Source of the DNA: Anaerolineales bacterium
GTDB taxonomy: Bacteria > Chloroflexota > Anaerolineae > Anaerolineales > UBA4823
Assembly (NCBI GenBank): GCA_020354045.1
Contig: CP070639.1
Span: 3,412,535 to 3,476,534, forward strand
DNA: 64,000 nt
Direction of reading: 5' to 3'
Shown: in pieces, positions 17,022 to 26,751 of the stretch
How positions within the stretch are numbered: position 1 is the first letter of the stretch
How the letters are laid out: each line of letters begins with the position of its first letter
The notes under the pieces: model-generated
Databases searched by the model: none
What the model saw: only the letters and a program-made list of their open reading frames with translations
What the model was told of the DNA's origin: nothing
Program-made: the position numbers and the translations under genes

Positions 17022-18593
17022 TTAATTTTCTGCCAGTCTCATTGCGCTGATATAGCGGCTGACAAAGTCGGCCTGGCTGTCCAAATCAACTTGCCCAGCT
17101 CTGGCAGCCAGGGATTCTCCCAGAGCAAAACCTGCCTCAGAGAGAAATAACGCGGCGCCCAGACCTGCGCCGTTGGGTACCGTCTGCACTCGCTCAGGTG
17201 GTACCGGTGGGATTAAACCCAGCCCGAGCACGGCTTCGATCTCCACCTGACCGCCAAATGAACCAGTCAGGATAAGTCGCTGTATATCACCCGGCATTAG
17301 CCCTAATTGAGACATCAGAATGTCCACAGCTGCCCGGATAGCGGCTTTGGCTTTTTGCAATTCACGTATATCCCACTGAGACAATCCCAAACGACCATCC
17401 AGTGTGATTTTCAGCAAGCGCGCCCCGTGCGAATTTTCAGCCATCCTCTCGGACAAAATGGGCGGAGAGCTGGCAAAGCGCCCGCTTGGCTCCACCACCC
17501 CTGCCTGACGGAGGGCATACACCAGGCTGAGCAATCCCGAGCCAGTCAACCCGACCGGAGATTCATCCCCAATCGTAAACAAGTTTATATCAGCACCCTT
17601 TACCTGGACGGCTGTGATGGCGCCATCGATGGCGCGCGTTCCACAAGATATGTTTACACCCTCAAAAGCCGGACCCGCAGCAGTTGAGGCTGTCAGAATT
17701 CGCCCACCATCGGTGACCAACACCTCACCGTTGGTTCCCAGATCAACCACCACCAACGGACCAGGAGGATGATCAAAACCAAAATATGCCAGACAAGCCA
17801 AAGCATCCGACCCCACAAATCCACCAATCAAAGGGGGCAGGCTAACCACCGCTCCGGCAGGAAATAAGCCACCCATCATAGCAGTCGCATCTTTGATCGC
17901 GGCACGGGTGCTCGGTTGGAACGGGGCGACTGCCAGGCTGTCCACCGGTAGGCGAGCCAGCAGGTGGTGCATGGCAACATTGCCCACGACTGTGACGCGC
18001 GCCACTCGCTGGCGCGCTCGCCGGGACAACTTTAATGCATCAACCGCCTGGTTGATGGAGGCTAATGCCAGTCGTTGTAGACGTTCTGCATGCTGTGGAT
18101 TATTGCGGGCTGCTGCCAGCCTGGCAATCACGTCCGCACCGTATACAGTTTGTTGGTTGAGGGCAGCTGCACCAGCGCATACTTCACCATTATCCAAGGT
18201 GGTCAAGAAGGCGGCTACAGTTGTAGAACCCAAGTCAATCGCCAGACCCAAAGGACCCATGGAATATTTATAGCGATTGCTGGCGCGAAAATTCTTGTTT
18301 GAATAGACCACCACTGGCGTAAGTACAACGCGTGCGTCACCCTGCAACCGGGCGCGGCAAGCCAGACGGTTATCCAAAACCAACTCACCAGCTGTTAAGT
18401 GCTCCAGTTCAACTTCATCCGGTGGAGCCACTCCAACTTCAACTAAAAGCTTGCACTTACCGCAAGTGCCCCGCCCAGCGCAGGGCTGTTCCAACGGCAA
18501 TCCGGTCTGCGGGATCACCTCACCCAGCACCACACCATTTGGGGCATCAAGCGTCTGGACGCGCTCACCATATACAACCGTCAGCTTCGGCAT
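17022..18593 (-). CDS. RACo-like protein: N-terminal plant-type [2Fe-2S] ferredoxin + ASKHA ATPase domain (DUF4445 family, reductive activator of corrinoid proteins type)
   Basis: CAGRGTCGKCKLLV...RLACRA ferredoxin motif, then AIDLGSTTVA and VVDLGTNGE sugar-kinase/actin-fold phosphate loops. I chose ATG 18593 (MPKLTVVYG). Confidence 0.75.
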   Translation of the reverse strand: MPKLTVVYGERVQTLDAPNGVVLGEVIPQTGLPLEQPCAGRGTCGKCKLLVEVGVAPPDEVELEHLTAGELVLDNRLACRARLQGDARVVLTPVVVYSNKNFRASNRYKYSMGPLGLAIDLGSTTVAAFLTTLDNGEVCAGAAALNQQTVYGADVIARLAAARNNPQHAERLQRLALASINQAVDALKLSRRARQRVARVTVVGNVAMHHLLARLPVDSLAVAPFQPSTRAAIKDATAMMGGLFPAGAVVSLPPLIGGFVGSDALACLAYFGFDHPPGPLVVVDLGTNGEVLVTDGGRILTASTAAGPAFEGVNISCGTRAIDGAITAVQVKGADINLFTIGDESPVGLTGSGLLSLVYALRQAGVVEPSGRFASSPPILSERMAENSHGARLLKITLDGRLGLSQWDIRELQKAKAAIRAAVDILMSQLGLMPGDIQRLILTGSFGGQVEIEAVLGLGLIPPVPPERVQTVPNGAGLGAALFLSEAGFALGESLAARAGQVDLDSQADFVSRYISAMRLAEN

Positions 18594-18728
18594 GCTGCCG
18601 ACAATTATAAACTCACACACGAGAGGATACATTTAAAGATTGAAAGAGGGGCATGACCAAATATATCCACATCTTTCACAGTTGCGCACCTGGAAATTAC
18701 AGCTATAATGTCAAAACATTAAAAATAA

Positions 18729-19021
18729 TGGAAGGTCGCTTTAGTCACCAGTGAAACCAAGATTGGCGGGCAGCCCATCACTTTGCCGAAAGGCGAAACA
18801 GCGCTGAAACCTGAATTGGATAAATACATCGAAGCGCTAAAATAATGATGGCTGAACCTTATTCCAATCCAATCGAGATTTATTTTAGCGTGGGGCTTAT
18901 TTATTGTGTGCTGATCTTTTTTGCCACCCAAACGATGAGCGCACTGGAGCGTAGACTACGCACACCGGTTCTGGAACTTGAAATCGAGCGGCACAAATTC
19001 AAGATGAGAGATTCCAACTGA
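18729..19021 (+). pseudogene. Probable relics of an amino-acid ABC transporter operon (binding-protein C-terminus, permease C-terminus, ATPase N-terminus)
   Basis: Frame 1 (18729-18845) reads ...GQPITLPKGETALKPELDKYIEALK*, which is like the end of a family-3 SBP. Overlapping it as TAATG is a 58-codon ORF (18845-19021), MMAEPYSNPIEIYFSVGLIYCVLIFFATQTMSALERRLRTPVLELEIERHKF. The IEIY...LERRLR part is like the end of a His/Glu/Gln permease. PVLELEIERHKF is like the start of an ABC ATPase. Confidence 0.35.
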
Positions 19022-19023
19022 CA

Positions 19024-21615
19024 ATGTTGAGTGCTGAACAAAAGCGTGCACTAACCGCATTGCTCCCTTCAGGGCAGGTGATCACCGACCCGGGTCCGCT
19101 GGTGACCTACCGGTGGGATGCTGGTCTGGATCATGGACATCCAGAAGGGGTTATCCTGCCCGGGAATGCTGATGACCTACAACGCATAGTTCACTGGGCT
19201 CGGGAGCACAATATACCCCTGGTGGGACGTGGCTCGGGAACAGGGTATACAGGTGGGGCGGTCCCCATAGAGGGCGGGTTGGTGGTGGCATTCTCGCGCA
19301 TGCAGGCTATCCTATCAGTAGATCCAGACAGCCGACAGGCGACCGTGCAGCCAGGTGTGATCAACGCCCACCTGCAAAAACATCTGGCTCCGCTGGATCT
19401 AAGCTATCCACCTGACCCTGCCAGCCACACAGTCTGCACATTGGGAGGCAATATCGCCGAGAATGCCGGTGGACCGCACTGCTTGAAGTACGGCGTGACC
19501 AGCAATTATGTGTTGGGATTGCAGGTTGTGCTGGCGGATGGCAGCCTTCTACACCTGGGAGGGAACGCTCTGGACCCACCAGAATACGACTATAGCAGTT
19601 TGCTGACCGGCTCAGAAGGCACGCTGGCGCTGATTACCCAGGCTACCCTGCTGTTGCGCCGCCCACCACAGGCTGTCAAGACTCTAACCGCCAGCTTTGA
19701 CTCCGTTGCTACCGCTGGCAAAGCAGTTTCAACCGTCATAGCGGCTGGTATTCTTCCCGCCACAATTGAGATGATGGATGGCAGCATGATATCTATTGTG
19801 GAAGAATTCCTCAAGACTGAAATTGCCCCTGGTGCTGGAGCGCTGCTCATATTCGATGTGGATGGCTACCCAGAGAGTCTGGATGCCCAACTAGATGAGA
19901 TCAGGAAGATACTACCTCCCTTCCAGCCCCTGGAAATAAAAGTTGCCAACACATCTGAAGAACGAGATATGCTCTGGCGCGGGCGCCGCAGCGCCGCCGC
20001 CGCAGTAGCGCGCCTTTCTCCGAACGAACTTGTGTTGGATGTTTGCCTGCCGCGCTCGCGCCTGGCTGAAGCGCTCACAGGCATCAACCAGATCACCGCC
20101 GAGCATGGCTTTGGCGTCGGCTACCTGGCGCATGTTGGGGATGGCAACCTGCACCCCAATGTTTTGTGTGATCTTTCCCGCCCCGGAGAGCTGGAGCGAG
20201 TGTACCAGGCTGGCGGTGATATCCTGGAACTATGCACCCGGTTAGGTGGCTCGATCGCTGGAGAACATGGGGTAGGAGTTGAAAAGCGGGAATTCCTGAC
20301 CTGCATGTATCAGCCTGGCGAGATTGCTGCGATGTTGGAGGTTAAAAAAATATTCGACCCACACGGCTTGCTCAACCCAGGAAAAGTATTCCCCAAGCAT
20401 GTCCCCGAAAAGCAGCCGATAAACCCAACCCATCATGAGCTGCCCCTCGGGGAGTTAACCCCGGACTCAGCTGAGCAAGCGGCGGAATGGCTGTCCGAGC
20501 TCCAGCGGCAGGGACAACCAACCTATATCTCTGGGAACGCCAGCAAGTGGCAGGAGCCAGCTACTGGCGGCAGGCGGCTAACCACGCGCCAGCTTATACA
20601 AATTCACGAATTATCCCGCCAGGATTTCTACGTCAGGGTTGGTGCCGGCATACGCCTAGATGAGCTGCAAGCAGAATTAGGAAACCTGGGTTTCTGGGTG
20701 CCGCTAGCCAGCCCGTGGTCCACAGCGACAATCGGAGGCTTAATCTCCGCGCGGGCCAACTCCCCATTGAGAGTCCGGTATGGAGGCATCAGCGATGTAC
20801 TTATGGCCCTCCAGGTCGCCCTGCCGGATGGGCGCTTGCTGCGCTTTGGCAAAGCACTGGTCAAAGATGTAGCCGGTTATGCCATGAGCAAGCTGTTTGT
20901 GGGTGCCTATGGCACATTAGGGCTGATCACGGAGGCCACGCTCAAAGTCTACCCGCAGCCGCGCGGGCGCTGCAACCTGCTGGCCCGTGTGCCAGATGCA
21001 GCTACCGGGGCTGCCTGGGGGTTGTCTGCCCTGCGGCAAAGCCGCAACTGCGCTGGATTGACAATTACTGTCGAGCCAGAAGATGTGCCTGAGACAGCAA
21101 AAGCACTGCTGGCCTTTACCATGGAAGGACACCCCTCCGATTTGAGTGCTGAGCTGCAGACTGTAAGGCGCATCCTGCATGACTGCGGCGCGGAATCGAT
21201 CACGGAAGATAATAAGACCACAGCTACAGGCCTGTGGGCACAAGCACTCAATTCATCAGGCAATGTACTGCGCACAGGGCTAGCACCTGGCAAACTACCT
21301 GATTTCTTGAGCATGATGCAGCCTGATATTCTGGGGGACAGATTCACAGTAGATATTGCAAATGGGCAAGTCTACTGTACTCCCAAGGCTGGGGGAGCAG
21401 ATCTGATCAATTCGCACTTAAGTAAATTGCGCGCTGCGGCATACCCTCAAGATGGTCACACGGTACTGTTCTCTGGACCACGCCGCTGGTTGAACCAGAT
21501 CGACGCCTGGGGTAAGCCGCGCGATTCTTATCCCCTGATGTATCAGCTTAAAAAGTGTTGGGACCCTGCACCTATACTCAATGCTGGTGAGTTCCCTGCC
21601 CATATACAAGATTGA
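19024..21615 (+). CDS. Fused FAD-linked oxidase: GlcD-like (aa 1-460) + GlcE-like (aa 480-863)
   Basis: N-terminal half: PLVGRGSGTGYTGGAVP...CTLGGNIAENAGGPHCLKYG...GSIAGEHGVGVEKR. C-terminal half: a second FAD-binding PCMH-type domain, TIGGLISARANSPLRVRYGGISDVLMALQVALPDG...VAGYAMSKLFVGAYGTLG. Confidence 0.85.
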   Translation: MLSAEQKRALTALLPSGQVITDPGPLVTYRWDAGLDHGHPEGVILPGNADDLQRIVHWAREHNIPLVGRGSGTGYTGGAVPIEGGLVVAFSRMQAILSVDPDSRQATVQPGVINAHLQKHLAPLDLSYPPDPASHTVCTLGGNIAENAGGPHCLKYGVTSNYVLGLQVVLADGSLLHLGGNALDPPEYDYSSLLTGSEGTLALITQATLLLRRPPQAVKTLTASFDSVATAGKAVSTVIAAGILPATIEMMDGSMISIVEEFLKTEIAPGAGALLIFDVDGYPESLDAQLDEIRKILPPFQPLEIKVANTSEERDMLWRGRRSAAAAVARLSPNELVLDVCLPRSRLAEALTGINQITAEHGFGVGYLAHVGDGNLHPNVLCDLSRPGELERVYQAGGDILELCTRLGGSIAGEHGVGVEKREFLTCMYQPGEIAAMLEVKKIFDPHGLLNPGKVFPKHVPEKQPINPTHHELPLGELTPDSAEQAAEWLSELQRQGQPTYISGNASKWQEPATGGRRLTTRQLIQIHELSRQDFYVRVGAGIRLDELQAELGNLGFWVPLASPWSTATIGGLISARANSPLRVRYGGISDVLMALQVALPDGRLLRFGKALVKDVAGYAMSKLFVGAYGTLGLITEATLKVYPQPRGRCNLLARVPDAATGAAWGLSALRQSRNCAGLTITVEPEDVPETAKALLAFTMEGHPSDLSAELQTVRRILHDCGAESITEDNKTTATGLWAQALNSSGNVLRTGLAPGKLPDFLSMMQPDILGDRFTVDIANGQVYCTPKAGGADLINSHLSKLRAAAYPQDGHTVLFSGPRRWLNQIDAWGKPRDSYPLMYQLKKCWDPAPILNAGEFPAHIQD

Positions 21616-21646
21616 TACGCCTTCATTCACTTGGGAGAGCAAGTCC

Positions 21647-22951
21647 ATGGATCAATATTACACATTTACTAATACCAGCGGTTGGACTGAACGTCTGCTG
21701 ATGCCAAGTTTTGCTCAGGACTGGCCCCTGCTACCAACAGTAAAGGCAGAAGGCACCTACCTGTACACCGCCGATGGCAAACGCTACCTAGATTTCACCT
21801 CCGGGATCGCTGTTACAAATGTAGGGCATGGCCATCCCCGCGTGCTGGCAGCTGCGCGTGAGCAGATGGATAAGTTCTCTCACAGCGCGGTGGGACTGAC
21901 CCTGCATGAGCCACTTTTGCAGCTTTGCCAAGCATTACCCAAAGTTATGCCCGCAGGTATGGAGATGTTCTATTTCGGCAACAGCGGGGCTGAAGCAGTG
22001 GAAGGTGCTATTAAACTGGCGCGTTACGTGACTGGCAGACCGGGCATCATTGCCTTTGAAGGCGGTTTCCACGGCAGGACCTACGGGGCAGCTTCCATCA
22101 CCTCTGTCAAGGCAAAATACCGGGATCAATACGAGCCATTCGTCCCTGGCGTGTACTTTGCTCCCTATGCCTATCCCTACCGCTGTCCTTGGGGTGAGGA
22201 CGAAGAAAGCGTGATCGCCTGGAGCCAGGATGGGCTGGAACGGGTCTTCGATCGTCTCATCCCACCCCAACAGGTGGCGGCGCTGATCCTAGAACCCGTA
22301 CAGGGAGAAGGTGGTTATGTGGTGCCACCAGCTGGATTTCTCCAGGCTTTGCGACAGGTCTGTGATGAGCACGGCATCCTGCTGATCCTGGACGAAGTGC
22401 AAACCGGTTTTGGGCGCACGGGGGAGATGTTCGCCGCCCAGGTCTTCGGTGTGCAGCCAGATATCATGGCCATCGCAAAAGGTATCGCTAATGGGTTCCC
22501 CCTCAGCGCTACCGTCGCCAGCCAGGAGCTAATGAGCAAATGGCTGCCCGGAGCGCATGGCACAACCTACGGGGGAAATCCAATCGCCTGCGCGGCTGCT
22601 CTGGCTGTATTAGAGGTTATCGAAGAGGAAAACTTGCTGGAAAACTGCCGCATAATGGGCAAGCGCTTGCTGGAAGGTTTCAGCAAACTCAAGGAAAAAT
22701 ACGCTTTGATCGGAGAAGTGCGCGGCCTGGGGTTAATGGTCGCCATGGAGCTGATTCACCCCGGCTCAGACAAAATTCCCAACGGTACAGCAGCTTTCAG
22801 CGTGTTAAATCACGCCCTGGAACGTGGGTTACTGGCTTATATGGCTGGCTTGCACGGTCAGGTCATCCGCCTGATCCCGCCGTTGAATGTGACCGCTGAA
22901 CAGGTAGATGAGGCGTTGATGATCCTGGATGAGAGCCTGGGAGCGCTGTAA
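21647..22951 (+). CDS. Class III PLP aminotransferase (GABA/acetylornithine aminotransferase type)
   Basis: YLDFTSGIAVTNVGHGHP...LILDEVQTGFGRTG...AIAKGIANGFPL. GGGAGAG RBS before ATG 21647. Confidence 0.85.
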   Translation: MDQYYTFTNTSGWTERLLMPSFAQDWPLLPTVKAEGTYLYTADGKRYLDFTSGIAVTNVGHGHPRVLAAAREQMDKFSHSAVGLTLHEPLLQLCQALPKVMPAGMEMFYFGNSGAEAVEGAIKLARYVTGRPGIIAFEGGFHGRTYGAASITSVKAKYRDQYEPFVPGVYFAPYAYPYRCPWGEDEESVIAWSQDGLERVFDRLIPPQQVAALILEPVQGEGGYVVPPAGFLQALRQVCDEHGILLILDEVQTGFGRTGEMFAAQVFGVQPDIMAIAKGIANGFPLSATVASQELMSKWLPGAHGTTYGGNPIACAAALAVLEVIEEENLLENCRIMGKRLLEGFSKLKEKYALIGEVRGLGLMVAMELIHPGSDKIPNGTAAFSVLNHALERGLLAYMAGLHGQVIRLIPPLNVTAEQVDEALMILDESLGAL

Positions 22952-22981
22952 TCCCACACAAGTATTTGCACCTGCATAAGG

Positions 22982-23027
22982 CCAGGCGGAGAGTGTTTAT
23001 ACCACTCTCCGCCTGGTTGTTTCTGTG
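22982..23027 (+). terminator. Strong intrinsic terminator between convergent genes
   Basis: 14-bp stem CCAGGCGGAGAGTG / CACTCTCCGCCTGG with a 7-nt loop, followed by TTGTTTCTGTG. Confidence 0.6.
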
Positions 23028-23034
23028 TGGGAGA

Positions 23035-23406
23035 TTAGCCGGGATTGGAAGCAAACTGGAAGCGGTTGCCTTCTGGATCGTAGAAAGTGCCGTACTTGAC
23101 CACCCCCGGGATGTTGACCACCTCATCACACTTGATGCCTTTGCCACGCAGCGCCTCGGTGAGCTGATCTGCATCCTCCACAGAGAAAACGATGGTAGCT
23201 CCACCTAGCTTGGGAGGAACGGTGGCAGGGTCATCCCAACGGTTTATGGCGACATGCGTTTCGTTTTCAGGTCCATATTCGAACCAGCCGACCTGATCAT
23301 CCCCGTAAGCAAGCGGCCATCCAAGCACCTCACCATAAAATTGCTTGGCAGCTTCCCAGTCCGTAATATAGACAGAGACAACATTGACATTTTTGAAGAG
23401 TGACAT
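23035..23406 (-). CDS. VOC/glyoxalase-family protein
   Basis: 123 aa: VYITDWEAAKQFYGEVLGW...TIVFSVEDADQL...GKGIK...YDPEGNRFQF. Confidence 0.75.
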   Translation of the reverse strand: MSLFKNVNVVSVYITDWEAAKQFYGEVLGWPLAYGDDQVGWFEYGPENETHVAINRWDDPATVPPKLGGATIVFSVEDADQLTEALRGKGIKCDEVVNIPGVVKYGTFYDPEGNRFQFASNPG

Positions 23407-23631
23407 TGCTTCCTCCTTGTATTTTAATTCTTATTTGGATTGATTATTATACGATAGAGCTTTTGGAGTAGTTCATGTTTGTAAATGGATTAACGAGATT
23501 GGATTGCAAAATACCTCCTTTCTAATAGCGACCATTTCTTAACCTTTCAATCCATTGAATTGAACCTCCGGTGGGGGATATAATTAGTGCATTATTCTCA
23601 TAGATCAATGGCATGGGAGAACCTTATCGTT

Positions 23632-25185
23632 ATGGAATCGATCTGGCTGGATGGTGAAACGCTGACGCTGGAGGCGGTTGCAGCCGCTGCGCAGAACCCA
23701 AATATTGAAGTCTTTCTTACGGAGACAGCCTGGGAAAAGGTACGCAGAGCTGAGAGGGCTGTGCAGACCTTTATCCAACGCGGCGAGATCGTTTACGGTG
23801 TCACTACTGGTTTCGGCGCCTTCAAAGATCGCATCATTCCACCTGAGCAGGTAACCCAACTGCAGCGCAACATCCTGATGAGCCATGCGACCGGTGTCGG
23901 CACAATACTGGATCAAGAGACCACGCGTGCCATGATGCTGGTACGTATCAATACGCTGGCTAAGGGTCATTCAGGCATACAGGAAACGACTTTACGCCTG
24001 CTGCTGGCAATGGTCAACCATGGCATCCATCCCATCGTGCCCAGTCAGGGTTCGTTGGGAGCCAGCGGTGATCTGGCGCCGCTAGCGCACATGGCTTTGC
24101 CGCTGATCGGTCTGGGCGAGGTGATCTACCAAGGAAAACAAATGCCCAGTGAGCAAGCCTTGATTGAGAACGGTCTGACACCGGTTGAGCTGGGTGCCAA
24201 AGAAGGCTTGGCGCTCACCAATGGGACCGCCATGATGACTGCGATCGGAATTTTGACTACGTTGCAGGCGGAGAATTTAATGAGTGCGGCTGATCTGGCA
24301 GGTTGCTTAAGCCTGGAAGCCCTGAATGGCACACCACGCGCCTTCGATGCGCGCATCCACGCCGCCCGCCCGCATCCACGCCAGGTGGAATGCGCTGATT
24401 TCCTGCGTAAATTGATCGCCGGAAGCACATTCACCCGCCAGGATGACCCTTTAAATGTGCAAGATGCCTACACGCTACGCTGCATCCCTCAAGTGCACGG
24501 GGCAGTAAGGGATGCAATCCTATACGCACGCTGGGTGGTCAACATCGAGTTAAATTCAGCCACCGATAATCCACTCATCTTCTTTGACGAAGAGAGCGAG
24601 GTACCCACGGTACTGTCGGGGGGCAATTTTCATGGTGAGCCGGTCGCCATTGCAATGGACTACCTCTCTCTGGCGCTTACTGAGCTGGGTAATATATCCG
24701 AGCGGCGTTTGACCCGGCTCACCGATGAAGCCAGCAACCAGGAAACTTTGCCCGCCTTTCTGACAGAGAAAGGGGGTTTAAATTCCGGGTTTATGCTCAC
24801 CCAGTACACGGCTGCCTCGCTGGCCTCCGAGAACAAAGCGTTAGCGCATCCAGCCAGCTCGGACACCATACCTTCCTCGGCCAACATGGAGGATCACGTC
24901 AGTATGGGTTCTATCGCTGCCCGCCAGGCCCGGCGCATTGCCCGGAACGTGGAACACATCCTGGCACTGGAGCTGTTCGCCGCGGCACAGGGCATCGATT
25001 TCCGGCGCAAGATATTAGGGACACAAGCCCAATTAGGCCATGGTACCGCCCCAGCCTATGCCTTGATCCGTAAGCGAGTGCCGTTCTTAGAACAGGATGC
25101 TGTCATGTACCCGTACATCGAAGCCGTACGAGAGCTGGTCGCCAGTGGAGCTCTTGCCGCCGCTGTGAAAGAGGGTGTCAAGTAG
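23632..25185 (+). CDS. hutH: Histidine ammonia-lyase
   Basis: MIO-forming motif GSLGASGDLAPLAH, with NGTAMM and SSANMEDHVSMG motifs. I chose ATG 23632 (MESIWLDGETLTLE). Confidence 0.9.
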   Translation: MESIWLDGETLTLEAVAAAAQNPNIEVFLTETAWEKVRRAERAVQTFIQRGEIVYGVTTGFGAFKDRIIPPEQVTQLQRNILMSHATGVGTILDQETTRAMMLVRINTLAKGHSGIQETTLRLLLAMVNHGIHPIVPSQGSLGASGDLAPLAHMALPLIGLGEVIYQGKQMPSEQALIENGLTPVELGAKEGLALTNGTAMMTAIGILTTLQAENLMSAADLAGCLSLEALNGTPRAFDARIHAARPHPRQVECADFLRKLIAGSTFTRQDDPLNVQDAYTLRCIPQVHGAVRDAILYARWVVNIELNSATDNPLIFFDEESEVPTVLSGGNFHGEPVAIAMDYLSLALTELGNISERRLTRLTDEASNQETLPAFLTEKGGLNSGFMLTQYTAASLASENKALAHPASSDTIPSSANMEDHVSMGSIAARQARRIARNVEHILALELFAAAQGIDFRRKILGTQAQLGHGTAPAYALIRKRVPFLEQDAVMYPYIEAVRELVASGALAAAVKEGVK

Positions 25186-25320
25186 TATTAATGTTAAAGT
25201 GCAACACAACCAATCTTTTGAGTAGAACTTATGTTCTAATTATAATTTGCAGTTAACACAGTGTCAAGCACTTTTCTGGATTCCACACACAGATTTAGCT
25301 GGAAAAAGGATCAAACGGAT

Positions 25321-26745
25321 ATGGCGAGATTATCAAAAACCGATTTCAGGCTCTTCATGGAAGCTCCCATGCACCTGTGGGCAAAAAAACATGACCGCCT
25401 TGAGACACCAAGCCCAACGCCTTTTGACCAGCACCTGATGCAGCAGGGGTTGGACATCGAAAGCTTGGCGAAAAATTATCTTGAAGGCATTATTGCCCAG
25501 AACTATAGCCAGCCCGAAATCCATTGGCAACCCACTTATCAAGACGGCAATTATGAATCCCGTGCAGATGCGCTCATCCATGACCCGGAGGCAAATACAT
25601 ACGATCTCTACGAAATAAAAAGCTCGACAAGTATAAAAAAAGAACACGTTTATGACGCAGCCTTCCAAGCCCTGGTTTGCGCTGCCAGCCTGCCTATCAG
25701 AGATATCTACCTGGTGCATGTAAACAAGGAGTATCTCAAGCGAGGTGAGCTGGAACTCCACACTTATTTCGTCCACAGCCAAATTACTGAGCAGGTCAAT
25801 TCACTAAAATCAGAGATCGAGCTGACGCGCGCAGAGGCACTGCGGGTTTCTCAGCTCGGTGAAACTGCACATATCCCGGGCTGTCATAAACCCAGCACCT
25901 GCACCTGCCCAAGCTTATGTCACCCTGGATTACCGGAATACAGCATCTACGAAATCAACCGGATCGGCAAAAAAGCTTTAGACCTTAAAGAGCAAGGCAT
26001 CCTGTCCATTACCGAAATCCCGGACGATTACCCGCTTGTGGAGTATCAAAAACGGCAGGTGCAGGTGGTCAAGCAAGGCAAGCCTCTGATCAACCTCACC
26101 GCCATCCGGCACGCCCTGGACGACCTGGTTTTCCCACTCTATTTTCTGGATTACGAAACCTTTAACCCCGGAATTCCGCTCTACGATGGGTATGCTCCTT
26201 ACCAGCATATTGTCTTCCAATATTCTCTGCATGTGCTGGATGATCCACGCAACCAGGTAAGCCATTACGAACATCTCCACACAGACACCAGCGATCCGAT
26301 TACGGAAGTGCTGGACCACCTGGCTTCCCATCTTGGCGATTCCGGTTCCGTTATCGTCTGGTATAAAACATTCGAGACCAGTCGGAACAAGGAAATGGCT
26401 GCACTCTACCCCAAATACAGCCGCTTCCTGGAAGACCTGAACACCCGCATATACGACCTGATGGAGGTCTTCAGCCAGGGGTATTACGTCGAGGCAGGTT
26501 TCCGCGGTAGCGCTTCCCTAAAAAATGTGTTACCTGTTCTGGTACCAGAAATGCGCTACGAAGAACTACTCATTTCGAATGGGCAGGATACTATGCTTGC
26601 CTGGTGGAAATTAATCCGCGGAGAAATACCAACTGAGGAGCAAGAAACGATAAAGGCAGCGATGCGCCAGTATTGTGCCTTTGACACCCTGGCAATGGTT
26701 AAGATCTGGGAACGGTTAACTAAGCTAACGAGCGCGAAAGAGTAA
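25321..26745 (+). CDS. DUF2779-family protein: PD-(D/E)xK-like nuclease module + Cys cluster + DnaQ/RNase H-like exonuclease module
   Basis: ADALIHD...YDLYEIKSS (D...ExK), CHKPSTCTCPSLCH and YFLDYETFNPGIP. I chose ATG 25321 (MARLSKTDF). Confidence 0.7.
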   Translation: MARLSKTDFRLFMEAPMHLWAKKHDRLETPSPTPFDQHLMQQGLDIESLAKNYLEGIIAQNYSQPEIHWQPTYQDGNYESRADALIHDPEANTYDLYEIKSSTSIKKEHVYDAAFQALVCAASLPIRDIYLVHVNKEYLKRGELELHTYFVHSQITEQVNSLKSEIELTRAEALRVSQLGETAHIPGCHKPSTCTCPSLCHPGLPEYSIYEINRIGKKALDLKEQGILSITEIPDDYPLVEYQKRQVQVVKQGKPLINLTAIRHALDDLVFPLYFLDYETFNPGIPLYDGYAPYQHIVFQYSLHVLDDPRNQVSHYEHLHTDTSDPITEVLDHLASHLGDSGSVIVWYKTFETSRNKEMAALYPKYSRFLEDLNTRIYDLMEVFSQGYYVEAGFRGSASLKNVLPVLVPEMRYEELLISNGQDTMLAWWKLIRGEIPTEEQETIKAAMRQYCAFDTLAMVKIWERLTKLTSAKE

Positions 26746-26751
26746 ACAGCT

